NCBI GenBank assembly: GCA_903928445.1
Contig: CAIYRB010000101.1
Coordinates: forward strand, 1,909-65,908
Length of the DNA: 64,000 nt
Direction of reading: 5' to 3'
Source: an uncultured Pseudomonadota bacterium
GTDB lineage: Bacteria > Bdellovibrionota_B > Oligoflexia > Oligoflexales > CAIYRB01
Shown: in pieces, positions 55,363 to 64,000 of the stretch
Position numbering within the stretch: position 1 is the first letter of the stretch
How the letters are laid out: the number at the start of each line of letters is the position of its first letter
The notes under the pieces: model-generated
Database searches by the model: none
The model's input: only the letters and a program-made list of their open reading frames with translations
Told to the model about the DNA's origin: nothing
Position numbers and translations under genes: made by a program

Positions 55363-56454
55363 CTACGGGGTCGCCACGGCAGAAAGCACATCAAGAATCT
55401 TCACCGCGGCCCCCTTCCCATCGTACTCAGACTGCTTTTGCACCATCGCCGGTGCCGCCTCAGCCAAATCCTGCAGCCTCTGCCCAAACACCGCAGCGCT
55501 CAGGTCGCCCTCTCGCTGCACCAGCGCCCAGCCGGCTTTAGCAAAGGCCGCCGCATTAACCGCTTGATCGCCACGGCTACCCTGTTCCAGAGGGATAAGC
55601 AACATCGGCTTTCTAAGGCTAAGTATTTCAAAGATGGAGTTGGCCCCCGCCCGACTGACGACAAAATCGGCGGCAGCAAATAAGTCCTTGAGCTCTGGCC
55701 CAACAAACTCAAATCCCCTGTAGCGGGGATGTTTAAAGGCCAATCCCTTGCCAGCGCCAGTCAGGTGAATCACCCTGGCATGGGTCAACAGCGACGGCAA
55801 AATCTCGAGCAGCGCCTTATTGATCTTGAGCGCACCCTGGCTGCCACCCATGACCAGATAAGTGGGGAGGGTCGGCGCAGCAGCCACGTCCTGACTAAAC
55901 TCACATAATTTTAGGCCACGCGCTCGGTCGCCGCGCAGAAGGTCGTCGCGCACCGGAGTGCCCACTTGCTCGCTGGGACCGTGGAGCAGAGCTCCCGTCT
56001 CAGCGAAGGTGTAGACGATGCGTTTGGCAACTGGCTGGATGAGTCGCGTCGCCAGGCCTGGGGTCACGTCGGACTCATGCGATACGACCGGTATACGCAG
56101 CAGCCAGGCGGCCCAAGCGACCGGGACGGCGACAAAGCCACCCTTGCTAAACACGACATTTGGCCGCTGCTTCAGCAAAAATATCAGGGCCTGGACACAG
56201 CCTAAAGCGACCTTAAATACATCGGCGACGTTGCGCCAGCTATGGTAGCGCCGGAGTTTACCTGTGGCCACCTCAGTAAACGGGATTCCTTGCGCCTCGA
56301 CCAGGCCGCGTTCGATCCCACTTGAACCAATGTAAAAAACCCGCCATCCCCGCGCCTTGATCCCAGGGAGCAAGGCAAAATGCGGCGTCACATGACCGGC
56401 GGTGCCACCGCCGGTCAGACAAACGACAAATGGGTGTAACGGGCTATTGGGCAT
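55363..56454 (-). CDS. murG: UDP-N-acetylglucosamine--N-acetylmuramyl-(pentapeptide) pyrophosphoryl-undecaprenol GlcNAc transferase (MurG-type GT28)
   Basis: [13 protein letters not shown]-loop, [17 protein letters not shown], and [10 protein letters not shown]...GDQAVNA. The start at 56454 overlaps the upstream ABC ATPase stop (ORF extends to 56598). Confidence 0.85.
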   Translation of the reverse strand: MPNSPLHPFVVCLTGGGTAGHVTPHFALLPGIKARGWRVFYIGSSGIERGLVEAQGIPFTEVATGKLRRYHSWRNVADVFKVALGCVQALIFLLKQRPNVVFSKGGFVAVPVAWAAWLLRIPVVSHESDVTPGLATRLIQPVAKRIVYTFAETGALLHGPSEQVGTPVRDDLLRGDRARGLKLCEFSQDVAAAPTLPTYLVMGGSQGALKINKALLEILPSLLTHARVIHLTGAGKGLAFKHPRYRGFEFVGPELKDLFAAADFVVSRAGANSIFEILSLRKPMLLIPLEQGSRGDQAVNAAAFAKAGWALVQREGDLSAAVFGQRLQDLAEAAPAMVQKQSEYDGKGAAVKILDVLSAVATP

Positions 56455-57448
56455 AGTGGCATGAAACCAAATGTTGTTTACTCTTGGTGCCGATATCGCG
56501 CAACTCAGGCGCCTCGACACTACACCGCTTTGTCGCGAGTGGGCAGCGCGGATGAAAATGACAGCCGCTCGGCGGATTAATTGGACTCGGCACATCACCT
56601 TTTAGCACTTGGCGCGCCTTTTTAACGTCCAGACTTGGCACTGGAATCGCGGAGATGAGGGCTCTGGTATAGGGATGCGAAGGCTTAGCATACAACTCAT
56701 CACCAGAGGTGTACTCGACGATCTTACCCAAATACATCACTGCCACTTGGTCGCTGATATGCTCGATCACAGCCAAATCATGGGCGACAAACAGATAGGA
56801 TAGACCGAGATTTTTGCGCAGGTCCACTAGTAGGTTGAGAATCTGCGACTGAATCGATACATCGAGCGCACTGACCGGCTCATCGGCGACAATCAACTTG
56901 GGATTTAAGGCAATCGCCCTGGCGATGCCGATGCGCTGGCGTTGCCCACCAGAAAATTCATGCGGATACCTGTCGGCCGCCTCGGCGGGTAGCCCAACCG
57001 TTTCCAGCAAGGTGCGGATGCGACCATCCAGTTCCTGCCTGGTACCAATGCGGTGGATCAAAAATGGTTCGGCCAACACGCGGCCAACGGTCATCCGCGG
57101 ATTGAGCGAGGAAAATGGATCTTGGAAGATGATCTGCATATCGCGCCGCTGATGGCGCAGCTGCTTCGGGTTTAAGCCGAGCAAATCGACGCCAGCAAAG
57201 CTCAGTTGGCCAGCGGTGGGCTCGTAGAGGCGTAGGATGGTGCGGCCAAGAGTCGATTTACCACAGCCCGACTCGCCGACGAGTCCAAGCGTTTCCCCGC
57301 GGCGCAGGGTTAAGCTGACGCCGTCAACAGCATGCACCCTTTGCACAGTCCGCCCGAGCAGTCCGCCCTTGATCGGAAAATGCTTTTTTAGCTGCCTGAC
57401 TTCAAGCAGGGGAGACTCTTGCATAGAATGGGCACCTCGGCCAAACAC
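56444..57448 (-). CDS. Oligopeptide/dipeptide-type ABC transporter ATP-binding protein (OppF/DppF-like)
   Basis: [34 protein letters not shown], and the C-terminal oligo_HPY extension (HPYT...[10 protein letters not shown]). Confidence 0.9.
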   Translation of the reverse strand: MFGRGAHSMQESPLLEVRQLKKHFPIKGGLLGRTVQRVHAVDGVSLTLRRGETLGLVGESGCGKSTLGRTILRLYEPTAGQLSFAGVDLLGLNPKQLRHQRRDMQIIFQDPFSSLNPRMTVGRVLAEPFLIHRIGTRQELDGRIRTLLETVGLPAEAADRYPHEFSGGQRQRIGIARAIALNPKLIVADEPVSALDVSIQSQILNLLVDLRKNLGLSYLFVAHDLAVIEHISDQVAVMYLGKIVEYTSGDELYAKPSHPYTRALISAIPVPSLDVKKARQVLKGDVPSPINPPSGCHFHPRCPLATKRCSVEAPELRDIGTKSKQHLVSCHYAQ

Positions 57449-57459
57449 AAACAGTTACT

Positions 57460-58497
57460 TCAATAGGGCAGGTCATCGCCGGCTTTTATATGCAACCAAC
57501 ACGCCACCTGCTGCTCGGCTCCGACATCTTCAAGGGTCGGTTCTTGCCGCCGACAACGGTCATGGACCTTGGTGCAACGCGCTTGAAAACGGCAGCCGCG
57601 AGGCAAATCGGCCAGACTCGGCACCGAGCCTTCAATCGTCGGAAGATACTCCGTCTTGTGGCCAAGGCGAGGAATACTGCCGAGCAGCCCCACCGTATAC
57701 GGATGCCTTGGCGTGCGAAAAATCTGCTCGACGCTGGCCTTTTCAACGATCTTGCCCGCGTACATGACGAGGACAAAGTCGCACACCTCGGCGACGACGC
57801 CGAGGTCATGGGTGATAAGTAAAATCGCCATGTTTAGCTCTTGCTGCAACTGTGCCATCAAGTCGAGAATCTGCGCCTGAATGGTGACATCGAGCGCGGT
57901 CGTCGGTTCATCGGCGATCAACAACTCGGGCCGACAGGCCAACGCCATCGCGATCATCACGCGTTGGCGCATGCCACCTGAGAGCTGATGCGGATACTCA
58001 TCGACGCGTTGCTCCGGCGCCGGCATGCGCACCAGGCGCAGCATGGCGATGGCCTTTTCCCGTGCGACCTTCTTGCTATCGCCAAGATGGATGCGAAACA
58101 CCTCACCGATTTGATCGCCAATGGTAAACACCGGATTGAGGCTCGTCATCGGCTCTTGAAAGATCATACTGATGCGGTTGCCGCGGACTCCGCGCATGCC
58201 CGCTTCGCTGAGCTTGAGAATATCGGTGTCGCCTAGCAGGATCCGGCTGGTCTCGGCAATTGCGCCCGGTGGCGCCTGGATCAGACGCAGGATGGATAGC
58301 GAGGTCACGCTCTTGCCGCAGCCGCTCTCGCCTACCAAACCGACGGTTTGGCCTTTATTCACGGTAAAGCTGATATCGTCGACCGCGCGGATGGTGCCGC
58401 GCTCCGTGCGAAAGCTGGTCACCAAATGGTCGACGCGGAGCAAGGGTTCGGTCATTGAATCACCGTCTGAATCTGCGTGCGGGGTACCTGGGCTCAC
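57460..58497 (-). CDS. Oligopeptide/dipeptide-type ABC transporter ATP-binding protein (OppD/DppD-like)
   Basis: [36 protein letters not shown]...[10 protein letters not shown]. Confidence 0.9.
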   Translation of the reverse strand: MSPGTPHADSDGDSMTEPLLRVDHLVTSFRTERGTIRAVDDISFTVNKGQTVGLVGESGCGKSVTSLSILRLIQAPPGAIAETSRILLGDTDILKLSEAGMRGVRGNRISMIFQEPMTSLNPVFTIGDQIGEVFRIHLGDSKKVAREKAIAMLRLVRMPAPEQRVDEYPHQLSGGMRQRVMIAMALACRPELLIADEPTTALDVTIQAQILDLMAQLQQELNMAILLITHDLGVVAEVCDFVLVMYAGKIVEKASVEQIFRTPRHPYTVGLLGSIPRLGHKTEYLPTIEGSVPSLADLPRGCRFQARCTKVHDRCRRQEPTLEDVGAEQQVACWLHIKAGDDLPY

Positions 58498-58976
58498 CGG
58501 CCATAGAGACTTGGTAGCTGGGCCGCCAGCGGATAAAGCTCGTCAATCGCTTTAAGAGTAGCGCTAAGCGTTGCCACTGCCAAGGTGAATTCCTGCTTAA
58601 GCCCCTGTTTGATCTCGCTAATCCGGTCACTACGACTGGCATCGGCAAAGACCACCACCAGGCCGCCTTCAGGCCCTCTTATGGGCAAGCACTCCCAGCC
58701 TCTGGCTCGGTTGAAGTCGATCACGCTCAAGGCTGCAAGATCGAGCTGGGCTCCAACAAAATGATAGACTCGCGGCAGCTTCAGGGCCAAAGCCAGGGCG
58801 TCGGCCAATTCCTCTTCAGCGAGCAGCTTGGTCAAGAGCAGACCGTGATAGGCGCTGACATCCCAGGTCTGCATAAACCCTTGCACCACCTGCCGGTTGG
58901 TGGCGGTGATCACGCCCTTAGCTGCCAAAGCCTCGAGGAGTCGCACGCTGCAGCTGTGGTTGATGCCATCAGTCAT
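58494..58976 (-). CDS. Stand-alone T2SSE_N / MshEN-like domain protein
   Basis: VRLLEALAAKGVITATNRQVVQGF...LLAEEELADALALALKLPRV...WECLPIRGPEGGLVVVFADAS matches the N-terminal domain pattern of GspE/PilB/MshE ATPases. No ATPase domain is attached. Confidence 0.7.
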   Translation of the reverse strand: MTDGINHSCSVRLLEALAAKGVITATNRQVVQGFMQTWDVSAYHGLLLTKLLAEEELADALALALKLPRVYHFVGAQLDLAALSVIDFNRARGWECLPIRGPEGGLVVVFADASRSDRISEIKQGLKQEFTLAVATLSATLKAIDELYPLAAQLPSLYGR

Positions 58977-59664
58977 CGATCTGCACCCAAGTAAGTTTAT
59001 AACCACTAAGTCCCGACAAGCTGGCCTTACGGCGCTTGGTTCCTGATAGGCACCACGTCAGCTTGCGACTAAGTATAAGGTATTCACGCCAAAAGATGTC
59101 AGTGCAAGTCGACTCAGGCGGCTGCATGGGCGAAATTTCAAGCTCCATGCTCCGCTCCGGCTGACGAAAAAGGTAGCGCACCTTGCCGCCCTCACCTTCG
59201 CGCTCCGCCAATGCCGAGAGCCACGCTTTAGGATAAGTAAACGCCAGTAAACAAGGGACTTCGCGCAGTTGAATGCCCGTCGGATGACCACTGAGGGTGA
59301 GCGTGCCGGCAGCATCGACGCTGATCACTGGCATCCGCGCGGCCAGCGGACCGGCAAAGTCGAGCCTTGAGCCCTGGTTGTGGACCTTAAGCATGGTGCG
59401 TCCAAGTGGATCAATCAGCTCCACCTGCCAGTCATCCGCACTGCGCGCCATCCAGCTGGTTTCCAGCGACCCAGCCAGGACGCCGTCGGCGTATAGCTGC
59501 AGCGTGACGGCACCATCGCCCGGGCCGCAGCCGCTAAACAAAGCGGCAACGGCCTTTGGCAGCACCGGCTTCGGCGGCGGCGCCAAGGTCTGGCAGGCGC
59601 TACTCGCCAAGTAGACAACGGCAATGCCAAGCGCGCGCCGGACCTTACTCGCGAGCATATTCAT
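58969..59664 (-). CDS. Lipoprotein (LolB/DUF4292-like fold suspected)
   Basis: Lipobox VYLASSA|C. 231 aa, beta-rich. Translationally coupled to the TPR gene (4-nt overlap). Confidence 0.6.
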   Translation of the reverse strand: MNMLASKVRRALGIAVVYLASSACQTLAPPPKPVLPKAVAALFSGCGPGDGAVTLQLYADGVLAGSLETSWMARSADDWQVELIDPLGRTMLKVHNQGSRLDFAGPLAARMPVISVDAAGTLTLSGHPTGIQLREVPCLLAFTYPKAWLSALAEREGEGGKVRYLFRQPERSMELEISPMQPPESTCTDIFWREYLILSRKLTWCLSGTKRRKASLSGLSGYKLTWVQIDD

Positions 59665-61457
59665 GGACTAGGACTCGAGGTGGCCTGGGCCAGGGCCTTG
59701 GCTTTGGCCTCGATGCGCGAGCGATCTTGATCCTCCAGGTTGGCACCTAGGGCCTTTTGGTAAAGTTCATGCGCGGCTTTCTTATCACCCTGGGCATTTC
59801 TGACGTCGCCCAGGTGCTCATAGATCACTCCCTCTTTGGGCTCCAGGCGGGCCGCCTTGTCGAGGGTCGCGGCCGCCTTGCCCAGCTCACCCTTTTGAAA
59901 ATACACCCAACCGAGGGAGTCAAGATAGAAGCCGTCGTCGGGCTTTAGCGCTAGGGATTTTTGCACCAGTTTTTCTGCCTCGACGAGATTTTCGCCCTTC
60001 TCGGCATAGAGATAGCCAAGAAAATTGTAGGCGCTGCTATTGTCTGGATCGACCTTGAGCACGAGGCGCATGGTTTGAATACAGCCGTCGCGGTCTCCCG
60101 CCTTCTCCTGATACACCCCTTTCAGAAAGAGCAATCGAACCTTATCGGGAAAGCGCTTGATGCCATCCTCGATCACCGCCAAAGCCTCGGCGTAGTGCTG
60201 CGTGTCTGCGAACACGTCGGCGAGAATGCCGAGCACCTCCCAGCTGGCCTGCGGCAGATCACGGAGCTTTTGCGCCAGAGCATAGGCCTCGGCCTTTTTC
60301 TTTTGCTCTTTGAGGATCAAGAGCGTGCGAAACTGTCCGTCCTTATACAGCGGCGAGCCTGCGGCGATGCCGTGGTAGTAGGCCAAAGCCTGATCGAACT
60401 GCTGCAGCCTCTCATGACTAAAGCCGGCCAGATAATGCACCCGGTCGGACTCCGGGTAGGCGCGGACCAGCTCGTCGAGTAGCTGCGTCGCTTCGGTGTT
60501 GCGCTTGAGCTCCCACAGCAGAATGGCCTTTTGCATCTGCACCGCCGGCTTACTTTGCCCGCCTTGCTTGATCATCTCATCGAGTAGCTGAATCGCGCTC
60601 TCGAGATTGCCGAGCTCGCGGTAAAGCTCGACCATGCGCGAGGTCAGCTCTTCGTCGGTTGGATCTAAGCGGTAGAGCTGCTCGTACATCCGTACGGCTT
60701 GCTTCATCTTGCCGTTTAACTGCAGCGAGATGGCGTAGATCTGCGTCAGCTGGGGATTCGTGCTCTGCATCTCCCAGGCACGCCGAGCTGGAATCAAGGA
60801 GTTTTTGACCTGGCCATTGACCAGATACAGGCGACTCAGCTGCGACCACCCAGCGACGGAGCCGGCGGCATTCTTCACTAGCTCCTTGGCCACGACGATC
60901 GCCTTGGCGCTCTGCTTCATGTTTTGATACAGATCGGCCAGCTGCAGATAGGCGGCTTCGTAGTGGGGGTCGAGTTCGACGCATTTTTCCAGTTGCGTCA
61001 CGGCCTCGGTGAGCTCGCCGGCCTGGGTCAACATCTCACCGTAAAAAAACCGCAGCTGGGCATCTCGCGGATACAGTAGCACCATCTTGCGCGCCTCAAG
61101 CATCGCCTCTGGGCGATCGCCGGCCGCTGCTTTTGCCGCCAACATCTTGCCACCCAGGAACGGATTGGGGTCGAGGCTGTAGGCGGTTTCAAAGAGTTGC
61201 AGCGATTTTTTAGCGTCGTGCTCCTTCAAAGCGACGTATTCACCGACGAGGAAGTAGTAACTGGCCGTGGACTGGCGCTGGGCCGAAGACCACATGCTGA
61301 CCGGGACCTTGGTGATATCGGTCACCTGGCCATCGGACGGCGCCGTCCCAGCCTCAGCGGCCGCCGGGGCCGGCTCCGACTTGGACTCGATGCCAGTGCT
61401 TTTGCAAGCATTCACGGCGAACACTGCGGCGAGTAAAGAGCCAGATAAGCGACCCAT
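59661..61457 (-). CDS. TPR-repeat lipoprotein (598 aa)
   Basis: Signal/lipobox LLAAVFAVNA|C. More than 10 TPR units (A..Y..AL..DP pattern throughout). Confidence 0.85.
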   Translation of the reverse strand: MGRLSGSLLAAVFAVNACKSTGIESKSEPAPAAAEAGTAPSDGQVTDITKVPVSMWSSAQRQSTASYYFLVGEYVALKEHDAKKSLQLFETAYSLDPNPFLGGKMLAAKAAAGDRPEAMLEARKMVLLYPRDAQLRFFYGEMLTQAGELTEAVTQLEKCVELDPHYEAAYLQLADLYQNMKQSAKAIVVAKELVKNAAGSVAGWSQLSRLYLVNGQVKNSLIPARRAWEMQSTNPQLTQIYAISLQLNGKMKQAVRMYEQLYRLDPTDEELTSRMVELYRELGNLESAIQLLDEMIKQGGQSKPAVQMQKAILLWELKRNTEATQLLDELVRAYPESDRVHYLAGFSHERLQQFDQALAYYHGIAAGSPLYKDGQFRTLLILKEQKKKAEAYALAQKLRDLPQASWEVLGILADVFADTQHYAEALAVIEDGIKRFPDKVRLLFLKGVYQEKAGDRDGCIQTMRLVLKVDPDNSSAYNFLGYLYAEKGENLVEAEKLVQKSLALKPDDGFYLDSLGWVYFQKGELGKAAATLDKAARLEPKEGVIYEHLGDVRNAQGDKKAAHELYQKALGANLEDQDRSRIEAKAKALAQATSSPSP

Positions 61458-61551
61458 GACGAGGCTCCTTATGAAGCGGAGAGGCGGTCGATGCGTTCCG
61501 ACAAACGAGTCATGGCGGCCTAAACAAACCGCGTCCTCATCACTATACCGT

Positions 61552-62370
61552 TCAGGGCCAAAGCTTCACACAAAACCCTGCGCTTAGCCGAGTCCGAAGT
61601 TCTGCGACCGTCGGCCGCTCGCCATAACATATCTGCACCAGCGACAGCCCAAGCGCCGGCGCCGTCATCCCCGCCGCCTGCCTATCCTTGGCCGCAAGCA
61701 CCGCGGGCAAGGACTTGGCGTCGCGCTTACCAAGGCCAACATCGACCAAGGTGCCGACCATCGTCCGCACCATCTGCTTTAAAAACCCGCTGCCGCTGAC
61801 CCAAATGTCCACCAGAGGACCCTGTTGCTCGACCACCACTTCATAGATCTCCCGTTGCCGCGTCTTCGCCGTCGAATCAATGGCGCAAAACGAGGTGAAA
61901 TCGTGCAGCCCAACAAAGTCGCGCGCCGCCTCGGCGACAGCCGTCACGTCGAGGTCTGAGACGATCTGCCAGGCAAATGGCGCAATCAGCGGGTTGCGCG
62001 TCACGCCAAGCCACAGACGATAACGATAAACCTTAGCCTGGGCCGACAGAATCGGGTGAAAGTCCGACCCCACGGTGCGGATACTGGCGACGCCGACGCT
62101 GGGCGGCAACAAGCCCTGGAGGCTTTTCAGCCACTTACGCTCATCGTAGGCGACAGCGGTGCGAAAGACCGCCACCTGTTGCTCTGCATGAACTCCAGTA
62201 TCGGTCCGCGCAGCACCAGTGACGCGCACGGGATGGCGCAGCATGGTGCTAAGCGCCTTCTCCAGATGATCCTGCACGGCCGTGCCTTGGGGTTGGCTCT
62301 GCCAGCCCAGAAAGGACGTGCCCAAATACTGCAAATCGAGGCGATAGGCCGGAAGGTCGCTGGCTATCAA
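61552..62370 (-). CDS. truA: tRNA pseudouridine(38-40) synthase
   Basis: YRLDLQYLGTSFLGWQSQP...GAARTDTGVHA (catalytic Asp)...FLKQMVR. Confidence 0.93.
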   Translation of the reverse strand: MIASDLPAYRLDLQYLGTSFLGWQSQPQGTAVQDHLEKALSTMLRHPVRVTGAARTDTGVHAEQQVAVFRTAVAYDERKWLKSLQGLLPPSVGVASIRTVGSDFHPILSAQAKVYRYRLWLGVTRNPLIAPFAWQIVSDLDVTAVAEAARDFVGLHDFTSFCAIDSTAKTRQREIYEVVVEQQGPLVDIWVSGSGFLKQMVRTMVGTLVDVGLGKRDAKSLPAVLAAKDRQAAGMTAPALGLSLVQICYGERPTVAELRTRLSAGFCVKLWP

Positions 62371-63416
62371 TGCGAGGTCTCAAAGGTAAAGGCGATGCCG
62401 TAGACGGTGCGGCCAAAGGACAGCGCGCTGCGATTGATCGCACGAATCCACTCGGCATAGCCGGTTAGGTAAATCGAACCAATGCCCATGCCGGTGTGCG
62501 CGGCGTAGCTGGATTCCTGATCAATCGGGTTCAGCAAGATATTTACCGCAGCCCCGACCACGGTCGAGTTGATCCAACCGCGGTTGACCAGGGCGGTATC
62601 CACCGGAGCCGCGGTTGCGCCGCTGCCGACGGTCGTCGTCGGCGTCGCTGTCGCCGTGGTCCCCGCCACGACCTTGCGCACTTCCTGAAAGTACATCCGC
62701 TCGTAGCCGGCCCACCCGTCCAGAACCACCCATTTGCGATGAAACGGCGTCATCTCTGCCGTCGCCAGCAGTTTCAACGGGACCAAGGTTAGGGAGGTCG
62801 GACCATTGGGATCGATATGGAGGTCGCTCTCGTTAAAAGTCTTCGGATCGGTCTTGGTCACACCATCATTAAGCTGTAAGGCATGGCCATTCACCGAGTA
62901 GTACCCTCCGCGCAGTCCGATACCGAGCGTCGCATACCAATCCCAGGCAAACCAATCAGCACCAAGCTCAGGGTAGCCACTGGGCGAACCGTATGCGGTC
63001 TTGTAGCCCTTCAAGCCGTTGTTAAACTTCGGTACGGCGTAACTTAGGCGAATGCGATAGGCGCCAAACACCGACTCCTCGCGATTTTGACCGCGTACCG
63101 ACAAGACCGGACGCTCAGAGGGATTACCGCTGCCATCCTTGGTATCGTATTTGCGGCGGGACTGCAAAAGCGGCGGCTCATTGGAGTCCGGCTTGGCGGC
63201 GTCGCCGCGTTCCAGCGGTGGCCCGGCCGGTTGCGGCGGCACATCGACGGGATCATCGGGAGCAAACTCGATGCTGCTTTGGACCTCTTCTTCCTCAGCA
63301 TGGAGCGGCGCGCTGCTCAGACCGAGCCAAACCAAAGCGAGGCCACCAAGCAACCACCCACTGATGACCGCTAGTTTGGCCGTCAAGGTTATCCCGAAGT
63401 CCCGCATGCATCTCAC
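62367..63416 (-). CDS. Putative outer-membrane beta-barrel protein, unknown function
   Basis: Signal sequence ...WLGLSSAPLHA, Pro/acidic linker, and alternating aromatic/Gly beta-strand pattern ending YGIAFTFETSH. 4-nt overlap with truA. Confidence 0.5.
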   Translation of the reverse strand: MRCMRDFGITLTAKLAVISGWLLGGLALVWLGLSSAPLHAEEEEVQSSIEFAPDDPVDVPPQPAGPPLERGDAAKPDSNEPPLLQSRRKYDTKDGSGNPSERPVLSVRGQNREESVFGAYRIRLSYAVPKFNNGLKGYKTAYGSPSGYPELGADWFAWDWYATLGIGLRGGYYSVNGHALQLNDGVTKTDPKTFNESDLHIDPNGPTSLTLVPLKLLATAEMTPFHRKWVVLDGWAGYERMYFQEVRKVVAGTTATATPTTTVGSGATAAPVDTALVNRGWINSTVVGAAVNILLNPIDQESSYAAHTGMGIGSIYLTGYAEWIRAINRSALSFGRTVYGIAFTFETSH

Positions 63417-63428
63417 CTCAGCGAAAAA

Positions 63429-64000
63429 TCAATGCACCGCCCCAACGAGCTTCTCGAGGATCTGAACGGCGTTTGTGGCTGCCCCTTTCTTCAGATTATC
63501 AGCGACATTCCAAAATTGCAGCCAGTGGGAGGTAGATTGTCCATGCATCAACCGCACCCGGCTGACAAAGACCCGCGGATCACCCGCAGTCGAACGCGGC
63601 GTGGGCAGGGCTTTGTGGTCATCATCTTCGACCAAAACCACTGATGGCGCGTCGCGCAGGGCATCAAGCGCCTCTTTGCGGCTCACCGCGCGCTTTAGAC
63701 GGACGTGGACCACCTCGCCGTGGCAGTGAAAGGTCGATACCCGGACGGTCGTCGCCAGCACCTCGAGCTGGGGCAGCCCGAGGATCTTGCGCGTCTCCTG
63801 GACCATCTTGACCTCCTCATAGCAATGTCCTTCGGCATCGAAGACATCGATGCCAGGCAGACAATTGAAAAGGATCGGCTGGGCATAGGCCTTCGGCTCT
63901 GGATCTTGAAACTTCATCTGCGCCTCAAGCTGCGCAGCAAGCTCGGAAATGCCCTTTTGTCCCGTTCCCGATACCGACTGGTAGGTCGCGACTTGCACCA
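63429..64000 (-). CDS. asd: Aspartate-semialdehyde dehydrogenase (3' part; gene continues beyond the window)
   Basis: VATYQSVSGTGQKGISEL...VSTFHCHGEVVHV...NVADNLKKGAATNAVQILE. Confidence 0.9.
   Translation of the reverse strand, partial: VQVATYQSVSGTGQKGISELAAQLEAQMKFQDPEPKAYAQPILFNCLPGIDVFDAEGHCYEEVKMVQETRKILGLPQLEVLATTVRVSTFHCHGEVVHVRLKRAVSRKEALDALRDAPSVVLVEDDDHKALPTPRSTAGDPRVFVSRVRLMHGQSTSHWLQFWNVADNLKKGAATNAVQILEKLVGAVH

Noticed and set aside
1-64000. CRISPR arrays, rRNA or tRNA genes
   Set aside because: No regularly spaced direct repeats were seen by reading, and no cloverleaf-capable or rRNA-like segments were found in the intergenic regions. A tRNAscan/Infernal run would be the decisive check.

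Overview
Chromosomal window from a fairly GC-rich Gram-negative bacterium, judged by lipobox lipoproteins, a MacAB/Lol-type exporter and OM-type proteins. The taxon cannot be fixed from sequence alone; the gene content would fit a Bdellovibrionota/Oligoflexia- or Myxococcota-like lineage (low confidence). Most of the window is ordinary core genome. It holds an HlyD-FtsX-ABC exporter (0.8-3.9 kb), ligA, rpsP-rimM-trmD, an MBL hydrolase, a YhhQ-type queuosine-precursor transporter and a DnaQ-like exonuclease. It also holds a methylcrotonyl-CoA carboxylase/AtuA/enoyl-CoA hydratase (liu/atu-type) cluster (26.5-32.9 kb), infC, amt, PIN-PhoH, prkA, an HD hydrolase, pyrD, two-component genes, a translationally coupled TPR-lipoprotein-MshEN-ABC ATPase-murG operon, truA and a partial asd. 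The stand-out region is 7.9-19.2 kb. A 1272-aa Sec-secreted, phage-type trimeric-fibre protein (C-terminal peptidase-S74 intramolecular-chaperone domain) has no other phage structural genes near it. It is followed by a visibly more AT-rich array. The array contains (i) one intact and several truncated, signal-peptide-less alternative fibre distal modules; all of them contain the same junction, CATGTCGGGATTGGGAC (encoding G-H-V-G-I-G-T), which also occurs four times in frame in the expressed gene, and in the three truncated fragments fibre similarity begins exactly there. It contains (ii) three-plus-one copies of an unrecognisable two-gene module (X about 130 aa, Y 115 aa) whose genes converge and overlap by 78 nt in codon register. 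It contains (iii) four toxin-antitoxin(-like) modules (RelE/HigB-HTH, BrnT-BrnA, a small nuclease-like/DUF2283-like pair, MazE-MazF) wedged between the fibre fragments, and (iv) an IS66-type tnpA stub. My reading (inference) is a cassette library for recombinational switching of a surface fibre tip, stabilised by TA modules. This would be conceptually like pilE/pilS, shufflons or orphan CdiA-CT/Rhs arrays, but no recombinase or reverse transcriptase is visible in the window, and simple decay of tandem duplications is the null model. Other points worth a look are a 42-bp-arm inverted repeat at 33.9 kb, a sulfite/nitrite-reductase-like protein fused to a roughly 400-aa poly-acidic region, and orphan OppD/F-type ATPases coupled to murG. 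No rRNA, tRNA or CRISPR was recognised.
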